NCBI RefSeq assembly: GCF_003918875.1
Contig: NW_025767294.1
Location: forward strand, 434,001-498,000
Origin: Haliotis rubra
Taxonomy: Eukaryota
DNA: 64,000 bases
Direction of reading: 5' to 3'
This document shows positions 24,335 to 38,700 of this stretch, one piece after another (within the stretch, counting starts at the first letter, position 1; each line of letters starts with the position of its first letter). A program made the translations under genes and the position numbers. Under the pieces are notes generated by a model. It saw only the letters and a program-made list of their open reading frames with translations. It did not search any database and was not told the DNA's origin.

Positions 24335-25459
24335 ACGAAAAAGAACATTGTGTGAGCTTCGCCTGCCACTGTTAATAATTAACTTGTGACATTGTTCTAG
24401 AATACCAAATACGAATAAAAGTATAAAGCTTGGTCTAGTTGCAATATTGTTGAGAAACTACCGATGTGAAGTTAAACTTTAACTTACACACTTGCTCACT
24501 CAAAACCATTCAGCATTTTGTAAGACCATGGTGTAAAGTTTCATGTTTTACACTATATCCTGACCTATCTCTATGGTCACCACTTTTAGAAAGGTCACAA
24601 CACCACACATTACCTCAGGCCTGCTGTATGAGCTGATTTAATTCAGTGGGAATCCGTGGGTCAAGTTTGGTCACTAGAAAGAGACGATGACTTCTTCGAT
24701 CTGCATTGTAGCATTTGCGGAGATGAAGAATGATGACAATTTTGATGGATATACTTCTTTATTCTGTGTAGGCAACATTTCAACATAGATCCTAATGTCG
24801 TTGTCAAGCAAGTGGTCACCATATCCATATAATTTGTCCTCATTCTTGATGTCAGACGATGTGACTTGGATGTCTGCATATCAAACTACACCAAACAATG
24901 TGGAATCTAATCATAAAGACACAGATAAAACTTACCCACAATCGATAATTACAGTGACCGTGATTTGGAAATACGCATTTTCACTTTTGTTTCGTTTTCC
25001 ACAACAATCACATTAACAAGTTAGCAGAAAACTACAAACCATGAACACAGCTGCCTGCCTATAGAGTATTCTTTGTCCATGGCATAACCCGGAGCTAAGG
25101 TTTGGGTTTGGATTGTAGTGACTGCAGGTAGAAGCAAGATCCAAAGATTGAAACTTGCGCGCTGTATGGTCGACCGAGAATGCTCCCTCGAAGAATGTGT
25201 ACAGGTCATGCTATACAAGCCGAAAAAATTGTGCTTTATATTAATTCTCTTTTAAACGTAAAATTATAACAAGTTTTCATGTAAACTTTAATAGGTGGAT
25301 TTTGAGATCGTACGAAAATGGTAAACAACATGTTTAATGTTCATGGCGTTGACGTCTAAATGCGGGGCAGGCATCAAGCAACTATGTCACCGAGAACAGC
25401 AAGTATATGCAAATCCCAGACAGAGCCGAGTTACAAAAAAACTGGCTTCTTTTATTCTA

Positions 25460-25860
25460 CCTAACTGAAGCATACAAAAAAGCCGCAAGTTGTAGACGCC
25501 TGGCTACCTCTTACTGTGTTCTACCTAACTGTGGTATGCAAATAGTCCTAATGTGTCGGCAACCTCTTGCTGAGATCCACCTTACTGAGGCATCCAAATA
25601 GCCCTGGGCTGGTGGCTACCTAACTGAAGCATGCAAACAGCCCTAATATTTCGGCAACCTCTTGCTGGGCTCCACCTAACTGAGGCATGCAAAAAGCCCT
25701 CATGTTTTGGCAACCTCTTCCTGGGCTCCACGTAAGTGAAGCATGCAAACAGCCCTCATGTTTTGGCAACCTCCTGCTGGGCTCCACCTAACTCAAGCAT
25801 GCAAACAGCCCTAATATTTCGGCAACCTCTTGCTGGGCTCCACCTAACTGAGGCATGCAA
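25460..25860. repeat. ~56-bp degenerate minisatellite x~7
   Basis: CCTAACTGARGCATGCAAA..GCCCT..TT.GGCAACCTCTTGCTGGGCTCCA repeated. Confidence 0.9.
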
Positions 25861-26761
25861 ATTGCACTCATGCGGTTATCTGTAAGTAACCGTGTCTGGA
25901 CCAGACAATCCAGTGATAGACATCATGAGCATCGATCTGCCAATATGAATGGTTCCCTGACATTCACGCAGGTGCTTATTTAGCGTTCGAGCAGCAATTT
26001 TAACTTCATTCATTCATACACGGGTCTCAGAGAATATCAGTGTTTTGACAGTCTTCACTTCAAGAAACCAAATCCATAACGGTCTCATGTACTGTAGTAT
26101 ATTCTCTTACAATGCTCATGAAATATGACGGGACATGTGTTGGAACAAAGTTTGGCAGCCACCACATTTTGTTAATGAAGGTTTCGAGCAAAACAATGAG
26201 TAACCTTAATACTTAAACGAATCAAAGTGTGTCAATTGTTTATTACAAATACTGCATCATATCCGGGGATACGATTCGGTCTACATGCATCATCAGCAGT
26301 GACAAGTGCAAACCATCACGACTTCACAATTCTGTAGGCAAGAAGGAACGGTGTGATAGCATAATGGTTGATATTCCGGGTCCGATTCCTTATAACAATG
26401 ATTCCCCACATGGGTACAATGTGTGAAACCGTGATGTTACTGGACTTATGCTAAAAACGGCGAAAAAACACGATCACCCACACACTGTAAGCAAGACATT
26501 TGTCAATCTAAATAAGTCACATTATTGTAAAGTTTTAGGCATGAGATGTAACAAAGATGGCAAGAAATTGGAACTGTATGTGTCAAAACCAAGTAAATAT
26601 GTCAACTTGAATACGTTTATACATCGTAAAACCATACAGAATATAGTCACGGTATTGCAAAGGGTTTTATACAATGTTCCTTGTTTACGCTCACAATTAA
26701 GGTAGATATTCGGTATTCCAGAACAATGGCACATGTTTCAATCTCTTATTACCCTTTTCAT

Positions 26762-29700
26762 TCAGAATAGATCCCCTTGAAGATACCACAGACCATGACC
26801 AATTATCTTGAAACCTCCAGCAAGCAGAATCTGAACGTGATCGGCGTTCTTGACATGTTCTGGTAATTTTGGATAATCAAGACATACTCCATCTTTTGTT
26901 GATGCCCACGTAACACTTCCATCTCTGTAATGATCGCCCGAAGACGTCATACGATGTTTGCCAGATTGTTGCTGAGAGATATAATCCTCTATGCCACGTA
27001 TGTTGAGGTCACGCCCACCTGTCGCGGCTATGAGAGCCTCTGGGAAACTTCTCGCTGTAAACGACGCACATGAATGGCCAGCATGTTTACCTTCGGTTGT
27101 CATGTTGTCTGTTGTGGAAGTGTTGGAGTCTTCCCAGAATTTCTTGAGAGAGAGAACGCTCTGGAACTGTTCTTCCTTGGAGATATTATCATAGATGTAA
27201 TCTGAAAAGACATAATTCAATTACGCCAGATCAATACACACTTACGCGTTTCCTTTTCCAGTTGAAGAAAGCGATCAATCGACTGACTGATTTTAAATGC
27301 CGCACTCCAATATCGACAACGATATTGCAGTGGTTTTGCGGAGGCCTGTAGATAATTAATCCCGTATGCATAGATCTGCAGAATTAAGAAACCCCGACAT
27401 GTACCAACCTAGATAGAGAGAATAACTGCCCAGTGCTACCCATGCAGATACTGGCCTTTGGCAAGAATGGGTTGCTGAAGACTTCTACCTGGATCTACAT
27501 GGGCCGTTGCTTAAAGTGATATCAGATGGTTGACATTCAATTGAGAGATTAGTGAAACACAGAAACCAATCAGTATCAAACATTTATCGAAACAGATTCC
27601 ACAGGCATATAGCTGAAATATTGCTGAGTGCGATATTCAACAGATTCCACAGGCATATAGCTGGAATATTGCTGAGTGCGATGTTAAACAGATTCCACAG
27701 GCATATAGCTGGAATATTGCTGAGTGCGATATTCAACAGATTCCACAGGCATATAGCTGGAATATTGCTGAGTGCGATGTTAAACAGATTCCACTGGCAT
27801 ATAGCTGGAATATTGCTGAGTGCGATATTCAACAGATTCCACAGGCATATAGCTGGAATAGTGCTGAGTGGGATGTTAAACAGATTCCACAGGCATATAG
27901 CTGGAATATTGCTGAGTGCGATGTTAAACAGATTCCACTGGCATATAGCTGGAATATTGCTGAGTGCGATGTTAAACAGATTCCACAGGCATATAGCTGG
28001 AATATTGCTGAGTGCGATGTTAAACAGATTCCACAGGCATATAGCTGGAATATTGCTGAGTGCGATGTTAAACAGATTCCACAGGCATATAGCTGGAATA
28101 GTGCTGAGTGGGATGTTCAACAAACAAATAAACTGTCGCCATCTCCTTTCTTTATCACATCATTACTACCAATATCAGAAGGATTAAAGGAATCAATGTT
28201 GTTCCGTTGTTTGTATCAATACCTGTTCTCGTGAACCAATTATCTACTTTGCTTGTTTATGGGGTATGGAATACCTAGTTTGATGTCACATGCTTATGTC
28301 ATGAATGAATGTTGTTGTTGTTTTGTAAAGATGCCAATACCTGGTAATTCCAATAAACTTGTTACAGTTATTCTGAGCTAAGGATTTCGTAAAATGACTG
28401 GTCAAATTAGTAATCTGTTCATGAACTATTTAGTTACGGGAGGTGGGGTAGTCTAGTGGTTAAAGCGTTGGCTCGTCACGCCGCAGACCCGGGTTCGAAT
28501 CCCTACATGTGTACAATTAGTGAAGCCCATTTCTGCTGTCCCCCGCCGTGATATTGCTAGAATATTGCTAAAAGCGGCGTAAAACCAAACTCAGTCAGTC
28601 AGTCAGTTTAGTTCATGCATACTTATAGTGATTTTACTAACTGACTGAAAGTTTTTGTCACGAAAGTTTCGCGAAACATCATGCTCTGAGTTTTATATGC
28701 CGCTATTGATAAACTCAACAACTGCAAATTGTCTGCGAATGTTACCTTACCTATAGAGCAGTCTTCAGTGGGGCTGGCGAACGGCGTAAAGATAACAGCA
28801 TCCAGTGAGAGTCTATCCTAAAAGAACATCAGTGGGTATGTTAGTTTTGTATTTACTGTGAACATTCTGTCATGTAAATTACGAAGTGTTAGTTTATCAT
28901 GGCACAGATCAAACATGTTGAAACCCAAGAGTACTGTCATGGTCAAGGATCCTAATCACTGTGATTTGGGGATTCAATTCCAGTCGAACAGTCCTTAAGG
29001 ACACATCAGGCGTTCTTTCTTCATATTAACTGATTTTGATTCAATGATTTTATATTTTATCACTGTGGGAACATTGTGTGATATAGGTTCCATGCTATCT
29101 GTCACCCGTTGCCATAATTGGATTGTGGTTGATAGCATATAATCGGTTCCAAATGCATGGATTAATGATCACTAGAATGTCTGGTCTGAGTAAGTGATGA
29201 AAGAACGCCATGTCCAGAATCTCATGTTCATACCATTGGCAGCACCTGTGGGGAGTCGGGCTTTGATATAGGTCACCTGCAACCTGTGACCTGTGATCGA
29301 AACTGAGGACATGCATGCGTGGATGATTTTCACGGGATTGTTTGGACCAGATTCGATGCCTTAGAGATCAATGCCATGTATATTATAGGTAACACGATCT
29401 ACATAATGTGCTGTACATGTTATGTAATAACAACACACTTTGGTTATTCGTTTGATTGATGTTCCTTCATCAGAAATTCTTTGACAAATCCTCTACCTGG
29501 TACCCGAAGACTCAACGACACATTCTTGTTGATACTTTTACAATTTCATCATTCGACATGGCCATCCTTTGCGACGTTTGGGTGTAGACACTAACATCTG
29601 GGTTAAAGCTGGACTTCAGTAACTGACATCTTGTGTAGGGAGGAGAGGGGAGGGTGATGGCACGGCGAACTAGTCGACCAACTTAGTAGTAAGTCCAGGC

Positions 29701-32700
29701 TTTTGGACGTTCTTCCATAACATGTCACAAGGTATCTGTAGTGTTGACATCTTGTGTAGGGAGGAGAGGGGAGGGTGATGGCACGGCGAACTAGTCGACC
29801 AACTTAGTAGTAAGTCCAGGCTTTTGGACGTTCTTCCATAACATGTCACAAGGCTATCTTTAGTGCTGACATATTGTGAAATATGTTCACCGGTGGTCAT
29901 GAGATTGCTCTAATTGGTCCTGATTGGAGTGCTGGGTAAAGGTTTGTCACAGCCAAAGCAGGGGTAACATATTCACCCTGCACAATCACTGACCCGTAAC
30001 TGCTAACGCCCCAGTTGGGTAAGTGGGAATGTGCCGGTGTAAATCACTGGATTTTCCAGTCAGACTCGATTATTTACAGACGGAAGTCACATAACTTCTG
30101 TGAGAAGTTGGGGCAGTAAGGAAGGATAACAATATATGGATGAACAACTTCTTTTTTGCTGTGAGAGCGACGTTTCGGTGTAGGTTCTAACACTGTTATC
30201 AAGCAAGTGATGTCATATCGCTGAAACATTGCTGAAACATTGCTGAAACATTGCTGAAACATTGCTGAGTGAGGTGATAATCAACAAACAACAAACATGA
30301 GGTCACGTGGCCAGGTACCCGTGAAGATCTGGTTTAGAATATTGATCTTCAGTAACCCATGCTTGTCGTAATAGGCGACTAACGGGATCGGGTGGTCAGC
30401 CTCGCTGACCTGGTTGACACATGTCATCGGTTCCCAATTGCGCATATCGATGCTCATGCCGTTGATCACTGGATTGTGTGGTCCAGACTCGATTATTTAC
30501 AGACCGTCGCCATATAGCTGGAATATTGCTGAGTGTGGTGCAAAACTAAACTCAACTCACTCACGTCGCCAGGACGACGATTATTCCAGTTGAGCGAATA
30601 AAAACACAGACAGTTGCTTCAAGAGACCTGTAAGGCAGGTTTGTAGGTAGCATGTTGACGCTTTCTTCGTCGTTGTGTTGACAAACAATGTCGAAATATT
30701 AAAAGTTGTACAAAATGAATACACTCGCGTCATTGTTATGTATAATAAGGTAAACCAGGTGGGACGTTGCTGGGTGCGGCGTTGAACAACAAACCAACCA
30801 ACCAACAAACAAACAAACAAACAAACAAACAAACAAATCTTTCAGAAACTGGTCAGTGGCCATATTGAAGATGCACATGTAACACCTCAAACACAGACGC
30901 AACGATAATGCTGAGTTGATGTCTGTCCAATAAAGTATTGCCCTCAGGAGTTACAGCTGTTTACATAATTATGCAATATGTGTAGTTGAATCTGTGGCAC
31001 ACAATTGCATACTTGATGTAGATGGCTCCTGGCTCACTGTGACACTGCTACAAGGAGATTGTGTAACGAGGACGTTCTACACATATCGAAGTCAGGTCAG
31101 GATGAACACACACGGTATGTCATCCAAATATATGTTGACAATTTCTAAGTGATAATGGACCATTCAAAGTCACCCATTTGGTCCCTAAGGGTGGGGTTGC
31201 AGAATGGTTAAAGCATTCGTTGATACAGTAAAGTCAGTGACGACACACTGATTACTAAACTTGTTTCAGCTCAGCTTGCGTTACCGGTAGATTCTGGTCC
31301 TGTTGTAGCTGTCCACCCATCTCACCCCTCTTAGCCTATCGGAGATAATGTCAGCGCTTATGTCAGAACGGCCATGTTGTGCTGCCTCGAAAGGTGAAAA
31401 CGTCCATGGATGTTTTTCTCCAACGTGACATTATATCCCTTATTTTCTCCAAAGCAGAATATAATCTTGAACGTGATCGTCGTTGTAACGTACACCATTC
31501 AAAACACCATTAAGATTAATGAGTTTTGTTCACCCATAACTTACGATTCTACACCATGCCATCCAAATGTCATCCCGACGTGAAATAACCGTCCAGAACC
31601 GCCCAGTCTTAAATGCCAGCGTTCATATCCGCCAGTATGCATGCTTACCTTCAATATCGACAAATGTTTGCATTGATCCCTTCCGTCAGCTCCGTAGAAC
31701 ATCATGACTCGAGCAACACGTCCTCTGTAATGTGAAAGGGGGCGGTGGGTAAGCCTAGTGGTTAAAGCGTTCGCTCGTCACACCGAAGAGCCGGGTTCGA
31801 TTGACCAAATGGGTACAATCTGTGAAGCCAATCTCTGGTGTCCCAGGCTGTGATATTGCTTGAATATTGCTAAAAGCGCCGTAAAACAATGCTCACTCAC
31901 TCACACAGTCACTATAATTGGAAACGGGTTGGTATTCTCTGATATGTGACTGAAGTATTTAAGCATATTTCGACTCGCATAATGACATGAATACACGGGC
32001 AATGTAGTTTTCAAAAACAAATAATCTTACTTCCACTTTGTTTCGGTAAACCGGATTTAAACACCAGTTGGAACCAGACATATACATCTTCTGCCCTTTG
32101 AGATGTATTCACTGAATCACAAATACAAAATGTACCATGGCTTTCATTACACCAGTTATATATATACACTCATTATAAACAGAGGTGAACAACTATTCTT
32201 TAATAGCGACAAAACACACTACAGTCAAGCACCGTTGTGTCGAACTCTGATAACTCGATATCTCGGCTGTCTCGATATAACATCTCGGTCCCGGCAAAAT
32301 CCTTCACAATTTATCATTATTCAAGATCTTTTAACTTGACACGGATGGCTCGATATTTCGGATATCTCGATATAATTTCATGGTCCCAACAAGCAAAATT
32401 ACCCTTTTAAGTCGATATTTGCAAAGAAACGCGATATTCAGCTCCCTTTCATGGGCAAGTATCCCTCTGAACTGAGGTTGTTTCCATACGTTTACACACG
32501 GGGCGGCATGAATCAACGGGGTGCGGTAGTGTAAACTAATTAGTGCTAATTGAGTTGAAGGTGTCACTTGTTTGTTATTCAGTTAGGATTAATTAAGAAG
32601 GATTTAATTAGGAAGTCCTCACTGTTACGACTAAGCAGTTCTGATAACGGATAATAGTTTCGAATCAAAACATATTGAGCAGCGTTTTGTTTTCTTTCAT

Positions 32701-35700
32701 AGTGACATGTGATGATATGCCCTGGTTGGATATCTCGAAGTTCGGATAACTCGATATTTTTTCCCTAGTCCCATGAATATCGAAACACTGGTGCCCGACT
32801 GTATTTGAATATATATTTGATGTCTGTGTACAAATTTCATAAAATGAATGTTCAATGGTTTGTGAATCTGGCTAAAAGATACGTGGCTAGCTGACGGAGA
32901 CTGTTTCTTTGTCTAACTTCGTTTCAACGTGGGATGAACTTCTACCACACTGTACACTCATATTCGGTGGCATTGTCGTACACGTGACTTACTTCAGATT
33001 TGACCGTTCTTCATCAGCTTTTTGGTTGAACCACTCCGCAAGGTGCTGCCATAAATGAATAGAAAGACTGAGTGAGTTCAGTTATACGCCGCACTCAGCA
33101 ATATTCCAGCTACGTGGCATCGGTCTGTAAATAATCGATTCTGGACAAGACAATCCAGTGATCAACAACATGAACATCGATCTACGCCATTGGGATACGT
33201 TGACATGTGTCAACCAAGTCAGCGAGCCTGACCACCCGATCCCGTTACTCGTCTCTTAAGACAAGCATGGGTTACTGAAGATCACTTCTAACCCGGATCC
33301 TCACGGGTAGAATAGAAATAACGTAGGTAATAGGTGCAGTTGACAGAAATTGTCAAGCAGGTGAGACAATGTCGTTTCAATCTCGATTGTGTGTTCTCGT
33401 ACATGTATAGGTTTAAGGCTAATCATGTCCTACCAACACACTTTCGCAAAGGACCCGTGAAGATCCGGGTTAGACAATTAGCAATTCAGCAATTAGTGCT
33501 TGTCACAAGAGGCGACTAACAGGATGGCGTCGTCAGGCTTGCTGACTTGGTTGCTGCATGTCCCCCAACTGTGCAGCCCGATGCTCATGCTGTCAATCAC
33601 TGGAGTGTATGGACTAGATTTGATTACTTCCAGAGCGCCGTCAGATAACTGGAGAATTGCTGAGTGTCGCGTTAGTCACTAAACAAACACACCTTCGCAA
33701 AGTTATTATTCTTTCCAAATCTCAAAACTCTGAAGATTTATTTGGTAGCAATTATACTGAAATCACCAACAACCTTCAACCATAACCAGATTGCAGCGAA
33801 GTGCCCTACTTGCCATGTCAGTTAATAGACAATGAATATGTACTATACATTAGGAACAGAATAATTATCTTAATATTTATTCATGAGGACGCAAATCGTG
33901 ATGCAAAGTCAGGAAATGCTCGGATGTAAATGAGGATTGCTGGGCTACAGTTTCAGGCCAAGGAATGTGTCATCCTATTTGAATATGATTGCCTGGGTTC
34001 GCTTTCTCGACGTCGACAAGAACACATCACAGTGACATTGATTCAGTGTCGCAGACCAACTGAAGGCAGCACTTATTCATGTGTTCAAACGCCGAAGACC
34101 CTGGTTCGATTTCCTACATGGGTACAATGTGTGAAACCCACTTCTGATATCCAGCTAAAACCAGAGGTTTTCACTGATTCTCATAAGACGTGGGGTAGCC
34201 TTATGGTAAAACCTTTCGACGGTTTTATTCCGTACATGGGTACAATGTATGAATCCCATTTCGTGTGCCCCCCGCCGTGATATAGCTAAAATAGCACTTA
34301 ACGGGCCGTAAAACACTACTCACTCACTTACACCCGTTAGCTGTTGCTTAACGCCGCACACAGTTGAATGCACCAATCAGTCTACGGTTCATGAGTACTC
34401 AACAAGACCAATGATTTACATTATGGGCAACGACTGTATGGATACGAAAATAAGAAATCAACCACGAAACCGAGCCTAACAGCGTGGTGGGCGAACTGTT
34501 TAAGGCGCCAGGCTAGTGATCCAGCGAGCTTGAGGTGTCGGGATCGAGCCCACTTGTGGCTGGGTGTAAAAATCTTGGAGTCAGCTTTGTGTGCACACTC
34601 TTTCAGTGTTGTCACAAACCCTAGCGTACAGTACACAACCCTGTGCACTTAAAAGAAGCCACGAATCCGTTGGTATATGATCAGATGGTGGACACATGAA
34701 TACGTGCAAACACCTAGTTGCGGGTACAGCAACGTGCAGTAAACTTGGACAAAGTACTGTGACTATGTGTCCCAGTCCATCCAGCTGCGAATGGGTACCT
34801 AACATGGCCTTGATTGTTAGCGCTATGAGCATACCTAGTGTGGAGTTTGGCGCTATATAAAATGGACACATTATTATTATTATTACCTCATAAGGATGGG
34901 AAAGCCACAATAACTCGGTGCACCTAGTGGTTGCAAGAGTTGTATGATCCCCAGGGAGTTGGTTTAAAAATATTTTATTGTCCAAAAGACAACGGGATTA
35001 GGCACAAGTGCACCACTTGATAATACGATGTGCCGTTGAGATTGGCATCCAATGGTCGAGGGAAAAATACCAGCGCCTTGAGCATCTACTAGTTGAGTGG
35101 ATATGTGCGCTATATAAATATCCTATAATCCTATAATAATAAACACCTGATCCCAAACATCTCTCAGAACCACCTTCTCAGTCTCGAACCAAACCTTAGT
35201 TTGTGGCAATAACATTGGTTTTCTGTCCAGTTAACCACAATGAATATTCAATATTCTCTCTAATTTCATGATCGAATAAATGACAGAAGCTGCATCAATA
35301 CCTGGATGCTGAGGTCAGTGTGGGCCGTGTCCAGGTAGTAGGTCACCCCGGGACGGGAGATCACATGGGCTCTTCCGGGGAGATTTGTTTGGGCCAAACT
35401 TAGAAAAGAAACCAACGGTACAATGCAAATAAACAAGTTGACTTTACACTAACTTGCCTGAACGTACCGAACGCTATAGGTATAATGCGTATAACTACTT
35501 ATATTTATGTATAATTTATGTACTCTAATATTGCAGTTGCATTAATGGTGTTTGGTTGGCTGATCAAGCAATATTTCCTTGTGTTTACGTTTTCACAAAC
35601 TGAAGTAGATATTGTGCAATGTCCACTGGCGGACGAAGTGTTTCTTGTGAGGTCAATGGGCGCTTCATTCTGTGACTGAAGTCGAATTGTTGTCGTACGG

Positions 35701-38700
35701 TGTTAATGTTTCGATAAGCAGTCTGTGAAATTAAATTTGTTGATATTGTTATAACAAAAACCATTTCTATATCTTATTTTAGCGTTAGTCTATTAAGAAC
35801 AAAATCTTGAAGCCAATGCTTAAACCATTATAGTTTTGTTTAGTCTGTAAGTATGATGTAAGCTTGTGGATGTCCAATTGATATCATTCTTGGATGACAA
35901 AATATTTATACTTATCATTCATCATGCTGTCAGTCAGTTTGAATCCTTGGGCCTTCTGTGACCATTCGCGTCCTTTCTTCATGGCCGAGGAGATGGCCTC
36001 ATCACCAGATGGCTGTTCCACCCCTGTTATATGAAGTATATACCAATATTGAAGCATACAATAACACTTATTGTTGGGCTATGAGATTATGAAAATATTA
36101 TATCTATACATGTCTAAAACGTGTTGCAGACCGGCGAAGATCCGGGTTAGAACTGATCTTCAGTAACCCATGCTTGTCGTAAAAGGCGACTAACGGATCG
36201 GGTGGTCAGGCACGCTGACTTGGTTGACACATGCTGTCGTATCCTAATTGCGCAGATCGATGCTCATGCTGTTGACCATTTGATTGTCTGGCCCCAACTC
36301 GATTATTTACAGACCGCCGCCATATAGCTGGAATATTGCAGAACGGGGCGTTAAACAACAACCAACCAATGACTTGTATGTGGATTGACTGAAATACTGG
36401 ATTGTAAATGAAGGTGACACTGTAACAATCAACCAATGACTTGTGTGTGGATTGACTGAAATACTGGATTGTAAATGAAGGTGACACTGTAACAAGCAAC
36501 CAACGACTTGTATGTGGATTGACTGAAATACTGGATTGTAAATGAAGGTGACACTGTAACAACCAACCAATGACTTGTATGTGGATTGACTGAAATACTG
36601 GATTGTAAATGAAGGTGACACTGTAACAACCAACCAATGACTTGTATGTGGATTGACTGAAATACTGGATTGTAAATGAAGGTGACACTGTAACAACCAA
36701 CCAATGACTTGTATGTGGATTGACTGAAATACTGGATTGTAAATGAAGGTGACACTGTAACAACCAACCAATGACTTGTATGTGGATTGACTGAAATACT
36801 GGATTGTAAATGAAGGTGACACTGTAACAACCAACCAATGACTTGTGTGTGGATTGACTGAAATACTGGATTGTAAATGAAGGTGTCACTGTAACAAGCA
36901 ACCAACGACTTGTATGTGGATTGACTGAAATACTGGATTGTAAATGAAGGTGACACTGTAACAACCAACCAATGACTTGTATGTGGATTGACTGAAATAC
37001 TGGATTGTAAATGAAGGTGACACTGTAACAACCAACCAATGACTTGTATGTGGATTGACTGAAATACTGGATTGTAAATGACGCTGACATTGTGGCAATC
37101 TAAACAACAGACCAGGCGCTGTAGTATTTTCTGAGTTGATAAGTGTACTCAATACGTACCAATACCTGAAACGTTTTACAGTGTGATAGTATATTTATTG
37201 CTACATGGCAGTGTTGTAATTGAAACAGCAAATTACCAACAGATGTGTTCTGTATAAATGCATTCATTAACAGGGAATCATTACACACGCACTAAACCGT
37301 GTTGCACATTGATTTACCCATTCTGAACTGGTGTTCATGTAATAACAAGAATATATGACAACACGGATGTAAACGTGAGATATGCATTCATTAACAGGGA
37401 ATCATTACACACGCACTAAACCGTGTTGCACATTGATTTAACCATTCTGAACTGGAGTTCGTGTAATAACAAGAATATCTGACAACACGTATGTAAACAT
37501 GAGATATCATGACCTTCTCTTGTGGAGTAGTTATAGTTATAACTCAGCATATTATTGAACTGTACGCCATTTACATTGACAGACAAAATCCACCTGCTTT
37601 TACCACAACAGAGTCTTTAATTAACCATTCGTTTTCTGACTGACTGACTGAGTTTGGCTTTACGCCGCTTTTAGCAATATTCCAGCAACATCACGGCGGG
37701 GGACACCAGAAATGGGCTTCACACATTGTACCCATGTGGGGATTCGAACCAGGGTCTTCGGCGTGACGAGCCAACGCCTTAACCACTAAACTACCCCACC
37801 GCCCACCATTCGTTATCACTGACACAACTTATTGAACTATGTTACACCGTATTACCTTGTCCCAGAGCTTCCAGCCATATGTTACACATCTGTAGTGCTA
37901 GGGAGGCATTGACCTGCTGCACGTGACCAGGAATCCCTAACCTGATTGGGTCAGGTCCACCGTCGTATGTAGCCAGTGGCGGGGCTACATATAGCTTAGT
38001 CTACAAAACAGTTGATATAATGCAAATGCATTTCAGGAAAGACTGACAGTGTTTGTAAACCCGAGAGAGAAAGGTGACGAGTTGTTTAGTGGGTTAGTGA
38101 GTAAGTATTGTTTACGCCGCTTTTAGCAATATTCCAGCAATATCACGGCTGGGGACACCAGAAATGGGTTTAGCACATTGCACCCATGTGGGGAATCGAA
38201 CTAGCGTCTCAGCGTGACGAGCGAACGTTTTAACCACTAGGCTACCTAACCGCCCTGACAAGTTCTTGAAGGGGCAGCGACTTTATACATTAACGTAATG
38301 ATAAAAAAAAATCTGAAGATAAGCACGTTTCGTGTTCACTATATGTGTTCCGTTCAGCTGAATGGAAATACGAAGGTGAGATAAGATGAGATTATAAACG
38401 TATAAACGTTTAAGAGTATTGCTCTTATAGAGCAGCTGTGTGATTGGCTGTTTGATCCAGTCTGAGTGAGTGAGTTTAGTTTTACGCCGCTTTCAGCAAT
38501 ATTCCAGCAACATTACGGCTGGGATACCAGAGAGGGCTTCACATATTGCACCCATGTGGGGAATCGAACCACAAGACTATCCCCAAATCACTCGCCAATA
38601 TGCAAAACACATGCATTACCCCTATTTCTTCAGCTCTGTTTTCTAGAACTTTCATCACACGTGGGTGTTGAGGAGCTGTCACTGCTGGAGTTCCTGGCTG

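Noticed and set aside
27552-28187. 211-aa and 179-aa repeat ORFs
   Set aside because: 48-bp array derived from a retroposon tail.
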